NCBI GenBank assembly: GCA_963816145.1
Contig: CAWFJP010000001.1
Coordinates: 192,001 to 256,000, forward strand
Length of the DNA stretch: 64,000 nucleotides
Source of the DNA: an uncultured delta proteobacterium
GTDB taxonomy: Bacteria; Desulfobacterota; Binatia; UBA9968
Reading direction: 5' to 3'
A program made the translations under genes and the position numbers. Shown here piece by piece: positions 17,311 through 27,281 of this stretch. The notes under the pieces were generated by a model. The model ran no database searches. It saw only the letters and a list, made by a program, of their open reading frames with translations, and was not told where the DNA came from. Positions within the stretch are counted from its first letter, which is position 1, and every line of letters starts with the position of its first letter.

Positions 17311-18114
17311 TCATTTGAACGAATGTTCCGCCGCCGGAAACTTGCGCTCTTTGACCTCGCCGACGAATTCCTTCACCGCGCCGAGCATGGTTTGTTTCAC
17401 ATCGGCGTAGCGCTTGACGAATTTCGGCACGAAGTCGTCAAACAGGCCGAGCATATCATGAATCACCAGCACCTGACCGTCGCACTGCATGCCCGCGCCA
17501 ATACCGATAGTCGGGATAGTTAAGCGCTCGGTGATCTCGCCGGCCAGGTCTTGAGGGATGCCCTCCAACACGACCGCGAACGCACCGGCCTGCTCCACCG
17601 CGACAGCATCGCGCAACAGCGCGTCGCGCCGTTCGCTTTCCCGGCCTTGGACCTTGTAACCGCCGAACTGGTGAACCGACTGGGGCGTCAGCCCGATATG
17701 GCCCATCACCGGCATGCCGGCATCCACGATGGCCCGGATCGAATCTTGCACGGCCACGCCGCCTTCGAGCTTGATCGCCTCGGCGCCGGCTTCCTTGAAA
17801 AAGCGCCCGGCGTTGCGCAGCGCCTCGTCCTTGCCGGTTTGATAAGACATGAACGGCATATCGCCGATGACTAACGCGCGCTTACGCCCGCGCGCCACCA
17901 AGCGGGTATGGTAGATCATCTCGTCCATGGTGACGGCGAGAGTATTGGCGCCACCCTGGACGACACAGCCCAACGAATCGCCGACCAACAGCATCTCGAT
18001 ACCGGCCTCGTCGAGAATCCGCGCAAACGAATAGTCGTAGGCGGTCAAGCAGGTAATTCGCTCGCCGCGCTGCTTCATCTTCAAGATATGCGGTACGGTG
18101 ATCTTGTCGCCCAT
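17311..18114 (-). CDS. panB: 3-methyl-2-oxobutanoate hydroxymethyltransferase
   Basis: [45 protein letters not shown]. Confidence 0.97.
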   Translation of the reverse strand: MGDKITVPHILKMKQRGERITCLTAYDYSFARILDEAGIEMLLVGDSLGCVVQGGANTLAVTMDEMIYHTRLVARGRKRALVIGDMPFMSYQTGKDEALRNAGRFFKEAGAEAIKLEGGVAVQDSIRAIVDAGMPVMGHIGLTPQSVHQFGGYKVQGRESERRDALLRDAVAVEQAGAFAVVLEGIPQDLAGEITERLTIPTIGIGAGMQCDGQVLVIHDMLGLFDDFVPKFVKRYADVKQTMLGAVKEFVGEVKERKFPAAEHSFK

Positions 18115-18126
18115 GATCTACCCTCC

Positions 18127-18161
18127 AAAAATAAAAAGCCCTCCAGACAGAGCCGGAAGGC
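18127..18161 (-). terminator. Intrinsic terminator in the panB leader
   Basis: Minus strand GCCTTCCGG-ctctgt-CTGGAGGGC followed by TTTTTATTTTT, directly before the panB RBS. Confidence 0.75.
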
Positions 18162-18205
18162 CAATTCTAAAGGGAGAGCCGCCGACTCCCCCCAACCAGC
18201 GCCTT

Positions 18206-18240
18206 TTGGCATCCGTCTCGGTCCAGTTACCTGGATCCAA
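18206..18240 (-). promoter_or_regulatory. pan RNA motif-like bulged hairpin
   Basis: TTGG-ATCC-A-GGT-aactgg-ACC-GAGAC-GGAT-G-CCAA upstream of panB; resembles the Rfam pan motif as I recall it (not searched). Confidence 0.6.
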
Positions 18241-18868
18241 GCGGTATATAGTGTTGCGTCCCCGAGCCCATGCCGTTGATTTCTTTGATCAAGTCAGCCA
18301 GATCCTGGCTGCTTGAGACGAAATCGATCTCCGAAGTATTCACCACCAGTAGCGGCGTTTCGTCGTAGTGGAAAAAAAACTGATTGTACGCCTGGGCTAC
18401 TTCGGTCAGGTACTCGAAGGTGACGCTTTTTTCGTATTTTTTATCCCTCTTTTTAACCCGCTTGTAAAGCACCTCCGGCCGGGCCTGGAGATAAACGACC
18501 AAATCCGGCTTGGGGACGCGGGTATTCAAGAGAGCGTAGACTTGCTGGTAAAGATTCAGCTCCTCGGCGCTGAGCGTCAACGACGCGAAGATTTGGTCCT
18601 TGGCAAATAGGTAATCCGAGACCGTCCCCTGGCTGAACAGGTCTTGCTGCCCCAACTCCATCTGCTGATGATAGCGGCTGAGCAAAAAAAAGGTTTGGTT
18701 TTGGAACGCGTAGGTTTCCCGCGACTGGTAAAACTTGGACAAAAACGGGTTATCTTCCACCCGTTCGAAGATCCGGCGCGACTGGAACTCGTCGGCGAGA
18801 ATTTTGGCCAAACTGGTCTTGCCCACGCCGATGGGCCCTTCGACCACGATGTACTTCGCCTTGGTCAT
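18227..18868 (-). CDS. Deoxynucleoside kinase
   Basis: IVVEGPIGVGKTS P-loop, NPFLSKFY, PDLVVYLQA. Confidence 0.93.
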   Translation of the reverse strand: MTKAKYIVVEGPIGVGKTSLAKILADEFQSRRIFERVEDNPFLSKFYQSRETYAFQNQTFFLLSRYHQQMELGQQDLFSQGTVSDYLFAKDQIFASLTLSAEELNLYQQVYALLNTRVPKPDLVVYLQARPEVLYKRVKKRDKKYEKSVTFEYLTEVAQAYNQFFFHYDETPLLVVNTSEIDFVSSSQDLADLIKEINGMGSGTQHYIPLGSR

Positions 18869-18924
18869 TGGAATGAATGAATTTACACGTTGGCCGGAAG
18901 CTTGTCTAGGTTATATGATGGCGC

Positions 18925-20002
18925 ATGACCATGAAGACACTGCGGCAAAAAATCGGCCAATTGTTTCTGGTCGGTTGCCAGGGCGAAGCTCTCAGTAACG
19001 ACGAACGGTTGCTGATCGAAGAATACCAGTTCGCCGGCTTGATCCTGTTCAAAATCAACTGCGGCGACCCGGCGCAGCTGGTATCCTTGTGCCGGACCAT
19101 CTGGCAGTCGTTCGACGCCGTCCCCCCCTTCATCGCCATCGACCAAGAAGGCGGCCGGGTGCATCGGTTGCCGGCGCCGTTCAGCCACTTTCCCGCCGCC
19201 GCGCGCATCGGCGCACGCCACGACCCCGACACTAGCCTATCGCCTTGGCAACGCAAGCGCGGCCGAACTAAGCCTGACTGGAGTCAATCTCAACTTCGCA
19301 CCGGTGCTCGACGTTCAGTCGAATCCCAACAGTCCGATCATCGGCGACCGCGCGTTCGCCGGCGCGCCCGCGCGTGTGATCGAGATCGCCACAGCCTGGG
19401 CCCAAGGACTGCGCGACGGCGGAGTCATTCCTTGCGGCAAACACTTTCCCGGCCACGGCGACGCCGATAAAGATTCGCACTTCGACTTGCCGATAGTGCG
19501 GAAATCAATGGACGAGCTCCAAGCCACCGAACTCCCGCCCTTCGCCCATGCCTGCCGCAATCGCATCGAAGCTTTGATGACCGCCCATGTCGCCTACCCT
19601 GCGCTCGATCCCAAACTGCCCGCCACTCTGTCCAAAGCGATCGTCACCGGCCTCTTGCGCCACCAATTGGGTTATGACGGGGTCGTTTTTAGCGACGACA
19701 TGGAGATGAAAGCGGTCAGCGATCGCTACAGCGTCGAAGCGGCCACCGCTCTCGCCGTCCGCGCCGGCGTCGATGTCCTGCTGTACTGCCATGAAATCGA
19801 CATGGCCGCCGCGGCGTTTGAATTTCTCTGCGCTGAAGCCGAGCGCGACGCCTCAGTGCGCGCGCGCATTGAAGATAGCTACCGGCGGGTCACCGAACTC
19901 AAGCGGCGTTATTTAAAAAACTTCACCGGTTTAGCTGAGAACGAAATCACCGCGCGGCTGGAAAGCTTGAACCACCGGGAGTTACTCAATGAATTGGTTT
20001 GA
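18925..20002 (+). CDS. nagZ: Beta-N-acetylhexosaminidase (GH3); +1 frameshift near 19231
   Basis: First frame IAIDQEGGRVHR; second frame NFAPVLDV, KHFPGHG, DSH, MTAH, SDDMEM. Removing one base joins HDPD to LAYRLG. Confidence 0.88.
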
Positions 20003-20040
20003 ATTGGCTACAGAATCAATTGGCTAGAGGCAGAACCGCC

Positions 20041-20111
20041 CGTCATGCCGGTGCAAACCGGCATCCAGGGTCAAATCCATCGGATGGATTCCGGCCTGTG
20101 CCGGAATGACG
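20041..20111. repeat. REP-like palindromic element (CGTCATGCCGG...CCGGCATCCA...TGGAT...ATGACG)
   Basis: Second copy at 22919-22986; lies between convergent genes. Confidence 0.8.
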
Positions 20112-20123
20112 TCCCGGTAAAGC

Positions 20124-21467
20124 CTACGGCAGTTTGTAGGCGGTGAAGTCGATCAATTTTTGGATATTGCCGTGCAACTCGCCCTGCCATTTTTCCAGAA
20201 TGATGTCGGCGGGACATTTGCCTTTGGCCAAAAGCGTCTTGAGCGGTTCGAGATAGATCGTCTCATCGTTGCCCAATTCGTTGACGACGTTTTGCCGCCG
20301 CAATCCTTCCGCGGCGATTTCTAAAAACTCCTTGGCGAGATCGAGCAGCGTGTGGCGCCGGAAGCGCGCCGCCAGGGCATTGACATGAGAATCGAGATAG
20401 ACTTCATTGCGCTCGTCCCAAGTCCAGCCTCTGACCAGATCCCATGCCGCGTGCAAGCAATCGTTATCGTAAAACGCCCCTTTGATCAGCGCCGACAGCG
20501 CCGGCATCAGTTCCGGCGGCTGGCTGTCGACCGAGCGCACTTCGATGTAACGCTTGATACGGGTCTCGGGAAACAGCGTGGTCAGATGATCGGCCCAATC
20601 TTCAATGGTCGCCCGCTCGCCGTTGTGGCCATACTTCAAATACTCGCGGAAGGTCACACCGGTCATGTCGATGTAGTCGTGGTGGCGAATGATAAAATAC
20701 ATCGGCACGTCGAGCGCATACTCAACATAGTGAGCGAACGATGCGTCCGGCGCGAAGGCAAATTTCAGCAGCCCTTGGCGGCTCTTATCGGTGTCGGTCC
20801 AAATATGTTCGCGGAAGCTGCGGTAGCCGTTCAACTGGCCGTCGCAGATCGGCGAGTTGGCGAACAAGGCAATCAACACCGGCGCCAGCCCCATGCCGGT
20901 GCGGAACTTCATCATCGCGTCCTTCTCGTCGAGAAAGTCGATGTTGGCCTGCACCGTGGCGGTCTGCTTCATCATGCGCTGGCCAAGGGTGCCGACGGTC
21001 GGCATATACGGTCCCATGATGCGATAGCGCTTCTTCGGCACCCACTCGATCTCGTCGAGCCGGCTCACCGGCTGCATGCCGAGTCCGAGAAAAACGATTC
21101 CGAGCGGTTCGCACACTTCCAACAGCTCGCGGATATGTTGGTTGAACTCGGCATAGGTGCAGTGAATGGTCTCGCAGGGCTCGCCGCTTAGCTCGATTTG
21201 ACCGCCCGGCTCGAGAGTGATCTGCGTGCGATCGCGGCTGAGGGCAATGATGTTGCCATCTTGCTCCTCCGGCTCCCAGCCGAAACGCTCGATCATTTCC
21301 CGCAGGATGCGATCGACGCCGCGCGGACCGAAGTACGGAATCGCCTGCCCGGTGTTTCGGTCGATGCCGACCTTTTCGTATTCGGTGCCGACCCGCCAAA
21401 GGTTGCGCGGTTTGCCAGCGGTTTGAAAGTACGCTTCGAGTTCTTCGTGTTTTTCAATGACTGACAT
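20124..21467 (-). CDS. gshA: Glutamate-cysteine ligase (GCS2, plant/alphaproteobacterial type)
   Basis: VGTEYEK, ITLEPGGQIELSG, PKKRY, QANIDF, ALFANSP, DVPMYF, HLTTLFPE. Confidence 0.92.
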   Translation of the reverse strand: MSVIEKHEELEAYFQTAGKPRNLWRVGTEYEKVGIDRNTGQAIPYFGPRGVDRILREMIERFGWEPEEQDGNIIALSRDRTQITLEPGGQIELSGEPCETIHCTYAEFNQHIRELLEVCEPLGIVFLGLGMQPVSRLDEIEWVPKKRYRIMGPYMPTVGTLGQRMMKQTATVQANIDFLDEKDAMMKFRTGMGLAPVLIALFANSPICDGQLNGYRSFREHIWTDTDKSRQGLLKFAFAPDASFAHYVEYALDVPMYFIIRHHDYIDMTGVTFREYLKYGHNGERATIEDWADHLTTLFPETRIKRYIEVRSVDSQPPELMPALSALIKGAFYDNDCLHAAWDLVRGWTWDERNEVYLDSHVNALAARFRRHTLLDLAKEFLEIAAEGLRRQNVVNELGNDETIYLEPLKTLLAKGKCPADIILEKWQGELHGNIQKLIDFTAYKLP

Positions 21468-22485
21468 GGCTGCGTATGTTCTGTTGGTACGGTGGATTTA
21501 TCACTCCACGCTCGGTAATGATAGCCGTGACCAGTTCCTGTGCGGTCACGTCGAATGCCGGATTGAACACCTTCATGCCTTTAGGCGCCAGCGCTTTGCC
21601 GAAAATATGCGACACCTCTTTGGCGTCGCGCTGTTCGATCGGAATATCCTTCCCGGACGGGCAATCGATGTCAATCGACGAGGTCGGCCCGGCAACGTAG
21701 AATGGAATGGCGTGGCGTTTGGCCAACACGGCGATCGTGTAGGTGCCGATCTTATTGGCGACATCGCCGTTGGCGGCAACCCGGTCGCAGCCCACCACCA
21801 CCGCATCGACACGCCCCTGCTGCATCAAGTAGCCGACCATGTTATCGGTCACCAGCGTCGCCGGGATCTTCTCTTTTTTGAGTTCCCACGCAGTCAGTCG
21901 AGCGCCCTGGAGAAACGGCCGGGTCTCGTTAACGTAAACTTCAAACTGCTTGCCCGACTCTTTCAGCGCGCGAATCACGCCCAGGGCGGTGCCATATCCG
22001 GCGGTCGCCAGGGCGCCGGCATTGCAGTGAGTCATGATCTGTTTGGCGTCGCGCAACAGCGGCGCGCCGAATTTGCCGATCATTTTGTTCGCGGCGATAT
22101 CGTCCTTGAAGATTTGCAGCGCTGCTTGCTTAAGCGCGTGCCGCACGGCGTCGATACCCTGGCTGCGCTGGGCCGAATAGACCGCGCGCATGCGCTGCAG
22201 CGCCCAGAATAGATTCACCGCCGTCGGCCGGGTCTTGGCCAGTACGGCAACAATGCGTTCAAATTGCCGGTCAAAGCTTTTGTCCGGCGCACGAAGCGCG
22301 CCGAGCGCCACACCCATGGCGGCGGCGACGCCGATGGCCGGCGCGCCGCGGATCACCATATCGCGGATCGCGTCGGCGACCTGAACATAGTCCCGGCAAC
22401 TCCGGTAGATCTCACGATGCGGCAATAGCCGCTGATCGAGCATGATCACTCGATCGTTTTTCCATTCAATGGTTTTAACCGCCAC
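21454..22485 (-). CDS. mtnA: S-methyl-5-thioribose-1-phosphate isomerase
   Basis: LDQRLLP, IRGAPAIG, RPTAVNL, THCNAGALAT, ETRP, ANKIGTY, NPAFDVT. Confidence 0.96.
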   Translation of the reverse strand: MAVKTIEWKNDRVIMLDQRLLPHREIYRSCRDYVQVADAIRDMVIRGAPAIGVAAAMGVALGALRAPDKSFDRQFERIVAVLAKTRPTAVNLFWALQRMRAVYSAQRSQGIDAVRHALKQAALQIFKDDIAANKMIGKFGAPLLRDAKQIMTHCNAGALATAGYGTALGVIRALKESGKQFEVYVNETRPFLQGARLTAWELKKEKIPATLVTDNMVGYLMQQGRVDAVVVGCDRVAANGDVANKIGTYTIAVLAKRHAIPFYVAGPTSSIDIDCPSGKDIPIEQRDAKEVSHIFGKALAPKGMKVFNPAFDVTAQELVTAIITERGVINPPYQQNIRSHVSH

Positions 22486-22551
22486 GCCTAGTTCCTAATT
22501 CAAAGGAGACCGAGTATATTAGCCGACCGAAGGAAGCGTCAAGAGCAGCTC

Positions 22552-22794
22552 GTGGATTTATATCGTCTCATCGGCTACGGCAGCGGACTCCTGTTCCTCA
22601 AAGCGGACATGGAGCCGGCCTCCCTATGGCGCACCGTCGCGCTCATCCATATCCTCGACGCGATTCTTTGCGGCGTGGTGGCCAAATACAGCGGCAGAAA
22701 TAAGTTTCTCTGGACCGTCAGCGGACTGGTCTGCGGCATTTGGGCGCTGGGCTTGGTGTTCTTGCTGCCGGCGAAAAAATCCAGCGGAATCTGA
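22552..22794 (+). CDS. Small hypothetical membrane protein
   Basis: 80-aa ORF with 2-3 hydrophobic segments and a GRN-x2-LW motif. Confidence 0.6.
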   Translation: MDLYRLIGYGSGLLFLKADMEPASLWRTVALIHILDAILCGVVAKYSGRNKFLWTVSGLVCGIWALGLVFLLPAKKSSGI

Positions 22795-22834
22795 GCTAAC
22801 GGCTGCCGCGGTGGCCGATGAGTGAATTCGATTT

Positions 22835-23178
22835 CACCACGAAGTGTTCATGAGCATTCGCTCGTCTACAGAGTATGAAATTGCAACCATCCCACCACCC
22901 CATGGTTTTTCCTTGATTCGTCATGCCGGCGAAAGCCGGCATCCAGGGGCGGGAGGGGATGGATACCGGCTTTCGCCGGTATGACGGAAACCACGTGCCA
23001 ATTCGTCGCCCGGATCATTCCTGCACATGTATTTTCTAAGGAGGACACGAAGATCACCAAGTTCAGAATCGATTTCCCCTTTGCAGCCATAGCGCCTTTG
23101 CGCGAAACAATCCGAAACTGGCCGGCGCGCACGGCGCACCCTACGGCAACCTTCGTGTCCTTCGTGCCTTCGTGGTGA
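22835..23178. repeat. Mosaic of several palindromic intergenic repeat families
   Basis: CACCACGAAG...CTTCGTGTCCTTCGTGCCTTCGTGGTG; CGTCATGCCGGCGAAAGCCGGCATCC element at 22919-22986; GTAG-type REP (GGCGCGCACGGCGCACCCTAC) near 23124-23144. Confidence 0.7.
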
Positions 23179-23188
23179 GCCGTCCGGC

Positions 23189-23581
23189 TCAGCGATCATC
23201 CTGTGCGATCACATAAGCTAGCCCATGCTGTTTGGTGTGGGTAATCGAAAGAGCCCAACGACGAATACCCAGCTCGGCGGCGAGCTGCGCCGTCTTGTCA
23301 TGCAAAACAATCTCAGGCTTGCCGCTGCGCGCCCGCGCCACTTCGATATCGAGCCAGCGGACTTTAGCACCCCAGCCGCGGCCGAGCGCCTTCATCACCG
23401 CCTCCTTGGCGGCAAACCGCCCGGCATAACTCTCATACTTGCCACGCTGCTTCTTCTCGCAGTAAGCAATCTCGCTGACAGTGAACACCCGGTCGCGAAA
23501 ACGTTGGCCGATGCGCGGGTGCTCGATGGCCGCTTGGATACGCTCGACCTCGGCGAGATCGACGCCGGTGCTGATAATCAT
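23189..23581 (-). CDS. acpS: Holo-[acyl-carrier-protein] synthase
   Basis: GVDLAE, AGRFAAKEAVMKALG, SGKP, LSITH. Confidence 0.95.
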   Translation of the reverse strand: MIISTGVDLAEVERIQAAIEHPRIGQRFRDRVFTVSEIAYCEKKQRGKYESYAGRFAAKEAVMKALGRGWGAKVRWLDIEVARARSGKPEIVLHDKTAQLAAELGIRRWALSITHTKQHGLAYVIAQDDR

Positions 23582-23916
23582 CGACCGGCCTCGGCAACCT
23601 CGCGCTGCAGGCCGTGGGCTTCGCCCCAGCGGCACATCGCCTCCACCACGGGCTTTAGACTAGCACCCAATTCGGTGAGGGAGTATTCAACTTTCGGCGG
23701 CACCTGGGGATAGATGTTGCGGCTGACCAAACCGTTGCGCTCCATCTCGCGGAGCTGCTGGGTCAGCATTTTTTGCGTCACACCGGTCAATGCGCGCGCC
23801 AATTCAGAAAAGCGCTGGCGCCCGGCCAGGAGGTGAAAAATTATTGGAACCTTCCAACGTCCGCCGATCAGCGCAAGGGTGAACTCCGCCGGACAATTTG
23901 TCGCGTTCGCTTTCAT
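23578..23916 (-). CDS. HxlR-family winged-helix transcriptional regulator
   Basis: CPAE...IGGRWK, TQKMLTQQLREME, PPKVEYSLT. Confidence 0.93.
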   Translation of the reverse strand: MKANATNCPAEFTLALIGGRWKVPIIFHLLAGRQRFSELARALTGVTQKMLTQQLREMERNGLVSRNIYPQVPPKVEYSLTELGASLKPVVEAMCRWGEAHGLQREVAEAGR

Positions 23917-24017
23917 CGCCCTCTCCTCGGTTACTTTTTGGGTACTATACTACCGGCGGGTACGTACTTAACAAGCCGGCCGGTCGTGGTTAGCTTGGGC
24001 CGGGGAAAGGAAAGTTA

Positions 24018-25061
24018 ATGGCACAACCCGCACTTAAGCTCATTGACCATCAAAGCAACGGCGCTGCCGCCAACGGCGGTCAAACTACCGAAGACCACGA
24101 CGGCGAACTTCTCGACGCCTACTCCCAGGCGGTGGTCGCAGCCGCCGAAAGTATCAGCCCGGCGGTCACCTTCATCGAAGTCGCCAAGGATCCCCCTGCA
24201 TCGAGACACCGGCCAAGAGGAGAGTCAGGTGCAATGCGCGCTAGCGGCTCGGGTTTCATCTTCACGCCGGACGGACTGATCTTGACCAATAGTCATGTCG
24301 TCCACGGCGCGGGCAGACTCGATGTCACGCTAAACGACGGCCGGCGTTTTGACGCCAGTATCGTCGGCGACGATCCGAGCACCGATCTCGCCGTCATCCG
24401 GATTTCGGCGCAAAATCTTAACGCCGTCGCGCTCGGCGATTCGGCAAAAACTCGTGTCGGCCAGCTGGCGATCGCCATCGGCAATCCGTATGGCTTTCAA
24501 TACAGCGTCACCACCGGCGTGGTCAGCGCCCTCGGCCGCTCGCTGCGCTCGGAATCGGGACGATTGATCGACAATGTCATCCAGACCGACGCCGCCCTCA
24601 ATCCGGGCAATTCAGGCGGCCCGCTGGTCAGCTCCCGGGCGGAAGTCATCGGCGTGAATACCGCGGTGATTCTGCCGGCCCAGGGAATCTGTTTCGCGGT
24701 GGCGATCAATACTGCGAAGTTCGTCGCCGGCGAGCTGATCAAACATGGCCGCATCCGGCGCGCATACCTTGGCGTCGGCGGGCAAACCGCAGCGATTCCG
24801 CGCGCCGTCGTGCGCGCGCAGCAGTTGCGGAGCGAGACTGGCGTATTGGTTATTTCGTTGGAACCGAAAAGTCCTGCGGAACGCGGCGGACTGCGCGAAG
24901 GCGATGTGATCATCGCGTTAGATGGCTGCCCAGTGACCGGCATCGACGATCTGCACCGACTGCTCACCGCAGCGCGCATCGAGTCCCACTGTCGCGTCGA
25001 ATTGCTGCGCCGGTCAGAGAAACTTTTTCTAGACGTGCTGGCTCAAGAGGCTCAGAGCTGA
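24018..25061 (+). CDS. HtrA/DegP-like S1C serine protease with PDZ domain
   Basis: GSGF, LTNSHVV, DLAV, IQTDAALNPGNSGGPL, C-terminal PDZ. Confidence 0.93.
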   Translation: MAQPALKLIDHQSNGAAANGGQTTEDHDGELLDAYSQAVVAAAESISPAVTFIEVAKDPPASRHRPRGESGAMRASGSGFIFTPDGLILTNSHVVHGAGRLDVTLNDGRRFDASIVGDDPSTDLAVIRISAQNLNAVALGDSAKTRVGQLAIAIGNPYGFQYSVTTGVVSALGRSLRSESGRLIDNVIQTDAALNPGNSGGPLVSSRAEVIGVNTAVILPAQGICFAVAINTAKFVAGELIKHGRIRRAYLGVGGQTAAIPRAVVRAQQLRSETGVLVISLEPKSPAERGGLREGDVIIALDGCPVTGIDDLHRLLTAARIESHCRVELLRRSEKLFLDVLAQEAQS

Positions 25062-25105
25062 TTGACGGTCACTCCCTATGTTGAATCGATAAATTGGAGG
25101 TCAAG

Positions 25106-25804
25106 ATGATTCAGATTAGACGGCAGCAAGAACGAGGCAAGACTAAACTCTCCTGGCTCGACAGCCGCCATACATTCTCTTTCGGCGACTACCACGATCC
25201 CCAGCACATGGGCTTTGGCGCTCTGCGAGTGATCAACGAAGACCGCGTCACCCCTGGCGCCGGCTTCCCGACACACGGGCACCGCGACATGGAGATCGTG
25301 ACGTATGTGCTGGAGGGCGAGCTTGCCCACCGCGATAGCACGGGTACGAGCTCGGTGATTCGTGCGGGTGAAGTCCAGCGCATGAGCGCCGGCACCGGCA
25401 TCAGTCACAGCGAGTTTAACAACTCGACCGACGCCGGCGTGCACTTTCTCCAAATCTGGATTTTGCCCGAGCGTCCGGCAATCACGCCGGCCTATGAACA
25501 GCGGGCGTTTGGCGCCTATGGGAAAGCCGGCAGCTGGCAGCTCATCGCATGCCGCGACGGCGAACATGGTTCGCTAACAGTGCATCAAGACGCAAAAATC
25601 TACCTGGCTAATTTGGATCCTGGCGCTTGGCTCGAATTTGAACCCCAAACCAAGCGAAATTACTGGGCGCAGATCGTTCGCGGCGAAGCGCGGTTCAACG
25701 ATAGCGCGATGACGGCTAGCGATGGCGCGGCGATTGCGAACGAAGCCAAGCTAAAATTTATTGCTTCGGCGCCGGCCGAGATCATGCTTTTCGATCTCGC
25801 GTGA
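25106..25804 (+). CDS. Pirin family protein (YhhW-like)
   Basis: WLDSRHTFSFG, LRVINED, HGHRDMEI, MSAGTGISHSE, LQIW. Confidence 0.93.
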   Translation: MIQIRRQQERGKTKLSWLDSRHTFSFGDYHDPQHMGFGALRVINEDRVTPGAGFPTHGHRDMEIVTYVLEGELAHRDSTGTSSVIRAGEVQRMSAGTGISHSEFNNSTDAGVHFLQIWILPERPAITPAYEQRAFGAYGKAGSWQLIACRDGEHGSLTVHQDAKIYLANLDPGAWLEFEPQTKRNYWAQIVRGEARFNDSAMTASDGAAIANEAKLKFIASAPAEIMLFDLA

Positions 25805-25992
25805 AGACTCTGTCTAACCCAGCGCGCCGGCCGAGCGCGATGATAAACTCTGACGGCAATTGGCAAAATGTGAACGAAGCTAGCCAATCCATCATGCGCA
25901 TGGAATTTATCGAGTTCGTTCTAGCCGACGGTAGCGTCAATTCGGACGATTTGCTATCGTGACGCCATTCTAACTCAAGGAGACAAACCGCC

Positions 25993-27177
25993 GTGCTAAA
26001 AAGATCGTTTTTGATTTTCTTGCTGGCATTGTTTACCGCCATACCGGCTTCGGGTTGGGCGCAAAAAGGTAAAATCAAGATCGCCGTGCAGGCGCCGCTC
26101 TCGGGCGAACAGGCCGCGCTGGGCGAGCATATCAAACTAGGCGCGCAGCTCGCCGTCGAGGAATCGGTCAAGGCGTTCAAAGCGCTGGGCTACGACCTGG
26201 AACTGGTACCGCAGGACGATCAGGCGAAACCGGAAGTCGGCGTCGCCAACGCCCGTAACATGGTCGCCGATCCGGACGTCCTGGTGATCGTCGGCCATTT
26301 CAATTCCGGCGTCGCTTTGCCGGCCTCGGAAGTGTACAAAGACGCCATGCTGGCGATGATCTCGCCGGCCAATACCGCGACGGAAATCACCGACCGCGGT
26401 TACCCCAACGTCAATCGCGTCTGCGGCCGCGACGATGTCCAAGGCCCGGTCGGCGCGCGCTTTGCCGCTCAAGAGCTCAAAGCCAAGTCGGTTTACATCA
26501 TTCACGACAAGACCCTCTACGGCCAAGGTGTGGCGGACAACTTCCGCAACGAGGCGAAAAAGCTCGGCATCAATGTTTTGGGCTTCGAAGGCACAGAAGA
26601 GCGCGCCAACTTCTCGCCGATGATCAACCCGCTCAAAGCCAAGAATCCCGCGCTGGTTTATTTCGGCGGCATCTATCATCAAGGCGGGCTGCTGCTCAAG
26701 CAGCTGCGCGAGAAGGGCGTGAACGCGAAGTTCATGGGACCGGATGGTTTGGATTCGGCCGAGATGGCCAAGATCGCCGGCAGCTCGGTGGTTGGCAGTT
26801 ATTACACCAGCGTCGCCGGCCCGCCGGACGCGTATCCTGAAACCGCTGCCTTTGCGAAAAAGTTTAAGCAGCGTTTTTCGAAAGATGTCGAAGCCTTTGG
26901 CTTATACGGCTACGATGCCACGCTGGTCGGAATCAAGGCGATGGAACAATGGCTTAAAGCCAATCCAGGCAAAAAGCCCAGCCGCACCGATGTATCCACC
27001 GCGGTGCGCAAAATAAAAGGCTTCAAAGGCGTCACCGGGCCCATCGAATTCGACAGCAAGGGCGATCCGGTTAAAGCAAAGTATTTCGTCCTGCAATTCG
27101 ACAAGCAGTCCTACCCCGGCAAAGTGGTAAAAGTCATCGAACAACAGGCTCCCGCCGCAGCGGCGAAGAAATCGTAA
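25993..27177 (+). CDS. livK: Branched-chain amino acid ABC transporter substrate-binding protein
   Basis: Signal peptide, PLSG, VGHFNSG, RDDVQG, HDKTLYGQG, GVTGPIEFD. Confidence 0.9.
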   Translation: MLKRSFLIFLLALFTAIPASGWAQKGKIKIAVQAPLSGEQAALGEHIKLGAQLAVEESVKAFKALGYDLELVPQDDQAKPEVGVANARNMVADPDVLVIVGHFNSGVALPASEVYKDAMLAMISPANTATEITDRGYPNVNRVCGRDDVQGPVGARFAAQELKAKSVYIIHDKTLYGQGVADNFRNEAKKLGINVLGFEGTEERANFSPMINPLKAKNPALVYFGGIYHQGGLLLKQLREKGVNAKFMGPDGLDSAEMAKIAGSSVVGSYYTSVAGPPDAYPETAAFAKKFKQRFSKDVEAFGLYGYDATLVGIKAMEQWLKANPGKKPSRTDVSTAVRKIKGFKGVTGPIEFDSKGDPVKAKYFVLQFDKQSYPGKVVKVIEQQAPAAAAKKS

Positions 27178-27191
27178 ACTAAAGCACTAAA

Positions 27192-27253
27192 ATCGAAGAT
27201 TGAGGATGGCGGATCGAAGGTCGATTCTCCACCCTCGAGCCTCTATCTTCGAT
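27192..27253. repeat. Hairpin of inverted 7-nt tandem units (ATCGAAG-like)
   Basis: atcgaag attgagg atggcgg atcgaag ... tctccac cctcgag cctctat cttcgat. Confidence 0.7.
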
Positions 27254-27281
27254 ATCGTCGACCTTACTTGCAAGTAATTGA

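Noticed and set aside
22866-23199. Short ORFs of 65-92 aa
   Set aside because: Translations of palindromic repeats (e.g. VIPAKAGIH), not credible genes.
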